Assembly: GCA_951406725.2 (NCBI GenBank)
Contig: OX597817.1
Span: forward strand, 5,022,001 to 5,086,000
Direction: 5' to 3'
DNA: 64,000 nucleotides
Origin: Octopus vulgaris
Lineage: Eukaryota
Shown here: positions 55,462 to 64,000 of the stretch, piece by piece
Position numbering within the stretch: position 1 is the first letter of the stretch
Layout of the letters: the number at the start of each line of letters is the position of its first letter
The notes under the pieces: model-generated
Told to the model about the DNA's origin: nothing
The model's database searches: none
Seen by the model: the letters and a program-made list of their open reading frames with translations, nothing else
Translations under genes and position numbers: made by a program

Positions 55462-56211
55462 CTAGCAGTATCGCCCGGCGTTGCTCAGGTTTGTAAGGGA
55501 AATAACTATAAAGCATTTTTAGAGAGTTATAGCCAAAAAACAGCAAAAAAATGGGAAAAAATGATGGTAAATTTTTTTGGATAGTTAAAAAAGGTGGAGT
55601 TGCGTCCCCTACACAGTTTGTGGTTTGTGTTCCTGATTCTCGACCCCATGTCGAATTTATCGATTTTATTCAGAACTGGGGGAACTTTTCAAAATTTTCG
55701 CTGCGTTAGTTTTGAATTATGACATTGGGCTATGTGTGTGTCAAGTTTCATCAGAATCGGTTGAAAGCCGTGGTCAGGGTGAGGGTACAACCTAACAGAC
55801 ACACAGACACGCAGACAGACAAATTGCCGTTTATATAGATATACTAGCAGTATCGCCCGGCGTTGCTCAGGTTTGTAAGGGAAATAACTATAAAGCATTT
55901 TTAGAGAGTTATAGCCAAAAAATAGCAAAAAAATGGAAAAAAATGATGGTAAATATTTTTTTGAGAGTCAAAAAAGGATGGAGTTGCGTCCCCTAGACAG
56001 TTTGTGGTTCGTGTTTCCGATTCTCGACCCCATGTCGAATTTATCGATTTTTTCAGAACTGGGGAAACTTTTCAAAATTTTCGCTAAGTTAGTTTTGAAT
56101 TATGACATCGGGCTATGTGTGTGTCAAGTTTCATCAGAATCGGTTGAAAGCCGTGGTCGGGGTGAGGGTACAAGCAAACAGACACACAGAAACACGCACA
56201 GACAAACTGCC

Positions 56212-56262
<51 letters not shown>

Positions 56263-56400
56263 CAAGGGGCCTCTTTCAATTTCCGTCTACTAAATTCAAC
56301 GACAAAGCTTTGGTCGGCCCGAGGCTATAGTAGAAGTCACTTGCCCAAGGGGCCATGGAAATGAGACTGAACCCGCAACCACGTTGTTGAGAAGTAAGGT
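55215..56400 (-). mobile_element. SINE A split by the Helitron pair (halves 55215-55430 and 56262-56400)
   Basis: Both halves match family A. Confidence 0.82.
55461..56220 (-). mobile_element. Head-to-tail pair of ~380-bp non-autonomous Helitrons
   Basis: actagcagtatcgcccggcgttgctc starts at 55461 and 55843; junction ttatatagat|at|actag. Confidence 0.85.
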
Positions 56401-57242
56401 TTTATTGACTCTAGATTGCCAAGCTTTTACAGTTCCGGGTTAGACAAGCTACCGCTGAAATGGCATAAGTGTATTGACAATATGAATGCATACTTTGATG
56501 AATAAAACTATTCCTTCCATTTATAAAACATTAGCAAACATTTTTTCTTTCCTACAAATTTCATAGTTGACGACCTAATATATTATATGCGTATGTATGC
56601 ATGAATGAATGAGTGAGTGGGGGAGTGAGTGATATAGTGAGTGGGTCCACCAGTGCGTGTGTCAGTGAGTGTTTCAGTGAGGGAGTAAGAGAGGCAGAGA
56701 GTCAGAGAGTGAGTGAGTGATTGAGTGAACGAGTGAGAGACTATATATATTTTGTGTGGAACTTCTCTATCCCTCCATATTTAATTAGTAACGCTCGTAC
56801 TAACAATAACAATTTGTTATAGACTATGTCCCATTTCCGTTATTGGAATGTGTGTATGAGAATTTGGATTAGATTTCCTATGCCCAATTTTTTTCTGTGG
56901 TCAACGGGCGTATCATTATACAAAATACGTATTAAATATACGTGATAATATAATTTTAGATAATGATAAAAAAAAAGAAAACATCTTGAAGGATTTCGTT
57001 CAATCTATTCTTCCCTGAAAAACTTCAAAATTTATACTTGTGTAAAGTATTCGCATGTTGAAGTACACATGCTAAGCAAATCTAACGATAGTTTCCAACG
57101 AGGTTTTTTTGCCATAAAACAATATATTTATCTGTGTACGTATATTCCGTGAGTCGTCGCCTTACGAAATGTGTAATTGTTCTACAGTATGATTATAATG
57201 CTATAGCGATCGGTTAGGTGATCATGAGTAATTAGCGTTAAA

Positions 57243-57269
57243 TGTAGTAGTAGTAGTGGTAGTAGTAGT

Positions 57270-57301
<32 letters not shown>

Positions 57302-57326
57302 AGTAGTGGTGGTGGTGGTGGTGGTG

Positions 57327-57388
<62 letters not shown>

Positions 57389-57407
57389 GGTGGTGGTGGT
57401 GGTGGTG

Positions 57408-57451
<44 letters not shown>

Positions 57452-57502
57452 GGTGGTGGTGGTGGTGGTGGTGTTGGTGGTGGTGGTAGTAGTAGTAGTG
57501 GT
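57243..57502. repeat. (GTA)n/(GTG)n/(GCA)n tract
   Basis: Directly visible. Confidence 0.97.
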
Positions 57503-57879
57503 AATTTTGTGTGATACATTTAGTATCACTCTTAGTCTTGCGTCATATTTTTATTCCCTTCTAGAACACATCCGTAACTAAAAGCAAGGGTTTTCCGTGA
57601 CTCTGTTGATTTTAACGCCATTCAAACCATTTAATGAAACTCAACACCGAGAAAATTGATAAATATCAGGACTTAGCCTGCTAAATCAAGAGATTGTGGA
57701 AGATAATGGTAATATTTATTGCGTAGTTATTGGACAAGGGACAATAGTGTAAAGGTTATTGGAAATGACCAGGAAAAAGGTTTCATCCTGAACCTTACAA
57801 TAATCCTTTGAAGAATCTAGTCTCCAAACCTCAAGATAACATCCATGCTAATTAAATTAGTTAGTAACAACTTTTGTCA

Positions 57880-57923
57880 ACAACTACTACTGCTACAAAA
57901 ACTACTACTACTACTACTACTAC

Positions 57924-57986
<63 letters not shown>

Positions 57987-58179
57987 CAACAACAATAATA
58001 ATAATAATAATAATAATAATGATAATCATGATGATGATGATGATTGTAGTGATGATGCTGATGAAGATGATGATAATAATAACAGCAACAACAATAATAA
58101 TAATAATAATAATAATAGTAATAATGATAATCATGATGATGATGATGATTGTAGTGATGATGATGATGAAGATGATGAT

Positions 58180-58269
<90 letters not shown>

Positions 58270-58362
58270 TAGAAGATGAAGAAGAAGAAGAAGAAGAAGA
58301 AGAAGAAGAAGAAGAAGAAGAAGAAGAAGAAGAAGAAGAAGAAGAAGAAGAAGAAGAAGAAG
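57880..58362. repeat. Compound trinucleotide tract with an internal ~105-bp duplication
   Basis: gataatcatgatgatgatgatgattgtagtgatgat at ~58021 and ~58126. Confidence 0.95.
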
Positions 58363-58937
58363 ACGATTTATGTAAAGTTAAATTTCTGTGTCTGACTCTA
58401 GTAATTCGGTGACGCTATATTTTATTGAACTTGAAGGATGAATGACAATGTTTAACTACAGCAAGATTTGAGCTTAGAACTTAAAAGTTATTAACCAAGT
58501 CAACAAGCGATTTGGGGCCACCAGTTCACTTTTAACCAAGTGTTACTGTGAATTTCATTCGGCAAATAGCATATTCATTTTGTCTTTTCCCAGTTCCGGA
58601 AATATTTAAACTTTAAATATAACGCAATAATTTGCATTCGACAAGGTACTCACCAAGTTTGTGATTACTAATTAAGAGATTAATTATTAATACTGTGTTT
58701 ATTAACTGAAAAACAAATAAACGACTTTATTTAGAATCGTTCATTTGCTTGACAATTAATATAAATTTTAATGTATTTCGATACGTCACTTACTAAATTT
58801 ACAGACATCTTTCCATTTCCATTTTCATTATGTGACAAGTAATGATGAAAAATTCAATTTTTCATACCAAACTATATAAGATTTAGTATTACATAATCGA
58901 TGTTTCGCATTCATTCTCTATTGATATGCTATTACTG

Positions 58938-59276
58938 TCGAGTCGTGGCACTCCGTAGGTTACGACGACGAAGGTTCCAGTTGATCCAATCAACGGAACA
59001 ACCTGCTCGTTAAATTAACGTGCAAGTCGCTGAGCACTCCACAGACATGTATACCCTTAATGTAACTCAGCGTGACACAGAGTGTGACAAGGCTGGTTCT
59101 TTGAAACACAGAAGAAAGAGTAAGAGAAAATTATGTTGAAAATGTACAGCAGGGTTCGCCACCACCTCCTTAGGTGTTTTCGCTCAACGAACACCTACAA
59201 TGCCCGGTCTGGGGATCGAAATCGTGATTCTACGACCGCGAGTTCGCTGCCCTAACCACTGGGTCATTGCGCCTCC
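58938..59276 (-). mobile_element. SINE D, internally deleted
   Basis: TSD atgctattactg at 58926-58937 and 59277-59288. Confidence 0.9.
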
Positions 59277-60740
59277 ATGCTATTACTGCAACCAATTCAA
59301 GTGATTACATGGTTGATCAAGTATACGTTGTTATAGATACCAAGAACAGGTATGTGTAATTACAAACCGGTCGCAAAAATGTGCCAGCGTTATTAAGGTA
59401 ATTTAAATAGGCATACTGATGATAAATATTGTCAACTATATCGACCCTGCTAATTGACTGAATATAAAATTCATTTTCAGCGTAGTGCTTGTCGAGAATA
59501 AATTGTAGCTTGGACTGGCATTAATATGATTGGATTTCACCAGAGTGTTCTACACGGACATTTAGGTATGGGTTACATCATAAATTTGGGTCCAAATAAC
59601 TGATGATATCCACTTTATGGATTCTTACTAACTTACGAATTTTCACTGATTATTGTAGGGTTGCCAAATCAATTTTATGAAATGCTTTTGAAAAGTTTCA
59701 AAACGTAGTCTGCTATGTTAGAAAATTCCTCTAAATGAAAATTTTGCTACTAACTATGACCGATATCATATGTGCAATAACGAATCACTCCTATAACAAT
59801 TAATTTATTTTTTATTATTTATTAATTTAATTATTAATTATTGTCAAATTTATTAAGAAAAATTTCTTATTGAAGACTGCACTCCAAAATGTTCGCAAAT
59901 TGAATTTTCCCCACTTTCACGGCACCGATTGAGCTCAGCCCTAGACGTAAGATTAAAACCTCTCCTCTAAGTCTACTGAACATTAGTTTGCTTGCGTGGT
60001 ATCATCAATGTGGAATTTTGTTGATGCAAGCAAAAATATGTAGGTCAAATATGTAGATAATTCAGACGATTTATCTCTCACTGTTTTATGACAGAAAGAT
60101 AGAAGCAGATATTGGCTTCCGGGGGGTTTATCATAAAGTGCAGGACAATATATCTAGAACTATTTTTCTGGTTCTTTACGTTCTTTCTTTAAATACTGCC
60201 ATATTCAACTTTCTATTTCATCACTACGTGGTCGATGAAGTAAAAGTACCATTCAGGTATTTGGATCAATAGATTCTTCTAAACACTTCTCCAAACTTTC
60301 AAGCATTCTGCCGCTGTTAAAAAGCCTATATTTATTTTTCTATACTCCTGCCGATCCAAGAACTACCTTTATATATGAATATATGCGCGTGTATGCATAC
60401 ATATACATGTACATTACATGCATTTGTAGATATACATATATTACATTCATATACATGCACACATATTTTCGCCCCCACTCACACGCTACCCCACACATAT
60501 ATACATATGCATGTATGTATCCAAGTGTGTTTGTATATGCATAGTTGGTTTTGCTTTTGTATATTTGTCACTGTGCCTGACAGTAAGTAATATATTTATA
60601 AAACGTGTTTATATTTATCATTTATTTCAAATGCAAATCTTCTCAACTTGATACATTTTCTCCATTAATTCTCCCCAGACAATCCAAATATACTGCTACC
60701 TAACGAAAATCGATACCGAATTGTAATACCCATTAATCAG

Positions 60741-60784
<44 letters not shown>

Positions 60785-61982
60785 CTTTAGGCATGACCTG
60801 AGCTACGCTTAACGAATTTTGTATTACTCATTTGGAATATATTATCTATGGACCGAAGAATCAGTATTTCGGCAGAAAATTGTCTTAGTATATGGAACTA
60901 AGTTCAATTCCATTTTGAATTTAGGTCCCATCGGTCATGTTTCCGCAATTTACATGAGCGAATTTTACGACGTAAGAATCATTAGATGTAAATTGACTAA
61001 TTCAATAGATCAGCTGGCCGAGCGTAGCTCGAGTGATTAAGAGTTGTCAAAACCGGTACACAAGGTCAAGAAAATAACTTTCATTTCTTCAAGTTCCTTG
61101 TTCAAATCTCTTCAAATCGCTTTCTCCTTTTCATGAGTACTGAAGGACGACGTAATCGACCGCGACCGTGCGCTTAATTTAAATAATGTTAATCAACTAT
61201 CATTAGGTATTTGCATTTTTATGTGTTGCAGTGGTAATGATAACTTTGGTTATTTCTCGACATATTATTTGCCAAATTTTATTATTTAATATTTAACTGT
61301 ATTTTAGTTTAGCTTAGTTACTTATTTAGTCATGATATGAAAATATTGCGGGAGAAATGTGTCACACATTTTATTTAGATAGAAACTCTAAGGAAATATA
61401 TATAAGAGAAATGGCAGAACAAAGAGAAAAATTGTGGTTCCGTAGAGGAAGCAACTTTAATTCATGTTCGGATTTGTTCCGTTAAAATTTATTATAGTTA
61501 CATCAGCAGTTTTCTTCAGAAAATTAAGGGCACTTCACAGTTAAATATTCCTATTTCTACTAAGAAGAAAAGTAATAAAGAATTAGGTATCCAAGCTCTC
61601 TCTCTCAAAAACAAAAAGAAGACAAAGCAATAAAAGCGCTGATGATAATAAGGTTAAAGTTCTGAGAAAATTTTAGGGAGTCATAGCTTTCTTCGAGATA
61701 CCACAAATGAGAATCGCTTGTTGTTGCGATCTTCCATCAGAATTTCTTACTAGAGAAAATGTAAGTTAATTCTCTACTTATGCATTAAGTATTTGTCTCT
61801 CTCGTTCATAAAAGTAAACACATTCGCACACGTGCACGCACAAACACATGCGTAAATATGCGTATCACGGAGTGCGCGTGTATACGTTTCTTTGTGTATA
61901 TATATATATATATTTATATTGCGAAATTTGGGTTAATACTAAATTGAATTTTTCCCTGTAAGTTTTGAATTATATTCCCTAA

Positions 61983-62060
<78 letters not shown>

Positions 62061-62094
62061 CATTATCATCATCATCATCATCATCATCATCATT

Positions 62095-62141
<47 letters not shown>

Positions 62142-63314
62142 CCCGAAATATTTAAATATGCATCATCGAAAATGATTAATATCACTGAGACTTGTATATT
62201 GGTTTCACAACCCTGTTAAAATCCCAGATCTTGTCCCATATTTCATTTTCCATATTTTCCAAAATCTCAATTAACTGGCTTTATGGGAGTTACATACGCA
62301 CTTATGCAAAGACAGGTACACAAAAATGCGTTAAAGCAATAAATAGAATTAGCATAAACAAATTTACATCTAAAAATGAGGTTGTCTCACGCAAGTCTAC
62401 TTACTTATATATAATTTGTACTAAATATTCTTTTATTCTTTTAAACGTTTCAGCCCTGCGGTTGTTGCCATGCTGTGGCGATCTTTTTCTTGTTTCACAA
62501 TAGGCACATTTTGAAAAACAGAGATTCTACATCACAGAACAGCGTACATACATAAAAAAATACCATAAATGGAACACTGACAACACGCAATCGAATGCAA
62601 CATACACACAAACACGCAAAGTCATACATCTCCCACGCAAACGTTGATGCAAACAGCTACATAAGCAGGCAATCATTTGTACAAGCAGGGAAGCTTAAAA
62701 TTATTCAGAAACAAATGTTCACCCGCGAGCATAAAATCACTCACATAAACACACACAAGCAATCAGCCACATACATATCCAGATGTACAAATGAACAGAA
62801 CAAACACACACAAAGGCACTAGCACACACACAAAGAAACATACGAGAGAGACATACGTGTAGATATGGAACACGCATATCTGATTAACCAGCATTAATAA
62901 AAACAAGATTTCAATATGTTTTATTTTAGATTTTCCACACCCGTCTCAATATGAGTTCCCAAAGTGCACCACACCCAAGTAATAGCAGGAAGAAAACACA
63001 AGATTTGTATAAATCCAAAGGCAATTCTGCTATCTATTTAAAGACACATGTCAAAGAAATCTACCTATGGCAAGAAGTAATAATACGGAAATCGTTAAGG
63101 AAATTACTGGAACGTGTGTTATATTAAAGATAAGGTTCAAAATGCGTAATTATTTAATTGGCTGGAAACACGCATATACGACAAACACACATATATGCAT
63201 GCGTATATAAATTTTATGAATGTATGTGTGCGTATGTATATGTATAACAGTGTATCTATCTATCTATCTATCTATCTATATATATACATACATATATATA
63301 TATATGTATGTGTG

Positions 63315-63370
<56 letters not shown>

Positions 63371-63407
63371 GTATGTATATAATGTGTATATATATATATA
63401 TATATAT

Positions 63408-63761
63408 GGACCACGGGCTATATGTCCCCTGCCCAATTCAAGATCACAACATACATGTACACTGCAACATAATTTCTTTTCCTCAACAGGCCCTGCCCTA
63501 TTTAACATTGTCCCGAGAGAGATCAAAGAGGAAAAGGATCCCATCAACTTTAAACAGAGTGTGGATAGATTCCTTCAAAGAATACCAGATAAGCTACCCA
63601 TAATTGGATACATCTCACCCAACAAGAACTCACTACTTGAACAAAACTTGACTTAAACAAAACTTGACTTAAACAGGATTCGAATAATCCTATCAGGTGG
63701 TGCTATTAAGTTAGACATGGCCTGGACCAATCTTTGGTCGAAACATATCTAAGTTTATCTA

Positions 63762-63766
<5 letters not shown>
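63408..63766 (+). mobile_element. CR1-type LINE 3' fragment in (TA)n
   Basis: [35 protein letters not shown]...; (atctaagttt)2 tail; 16-bp tandem duplication near the stop. Confidence 0.92.
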
Positions 63767-63826
<60 letters not shown>

Positions 63827-64000
63827 GTATGAATATGTATAGGTGCATATACATATAGACACCAACACGCACACACGAACATGTATATATATATAGATAT
63901 ATATCCATATATATGTGCGTATATTTATATATATACGCATGTATAGACATGCATGTTAATTGTAATTACATGGATCTAGATAGTTGTATCAAAACTACTT

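Overview
AT-rich, microsatellite-saturated animal genomic DNA, intergenic or deep intronic. The SINE families and repeat density suggest an octopus or other coleoid cephalopod (inference). No intact host protein-coding gene is evident, and nearly all ORFs in the track are microsatellite or antisense artefacts. Recognisable content: a 5'-truncated Penelope-like element of Naiad type (RT + GIY-YIG, 29.0-30.8 kb); fragments of R4/Dong, CR1 and RTE LINEs; two decayed Tc1/mariner transposases; non-autonomous Helitrons; MITEs; and at least four tRNA-headed SINE families. The most interesting signal is about ten hammerhead-ribozyme (HHR) motifs in small non-coding elements, mostly bounded by (TA)n. 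They belong to several unrelated sequence families. They include a minimal dimer-type HHR, HHRs with very long stem II hairpins, and core variants that keep the 3:8 pair (U3-A8, possibly G3-C8). Four long divergent palindromes share one architecture (tail-less antisense arm plus tailed sense arm); three carry HHR traces and one has a circularly permuted ~339-nt monomer. I interpret this as a retrozyme-like population of small RNA parasites of Penelope/Naiad elements. All folding and alignment was done by eye.
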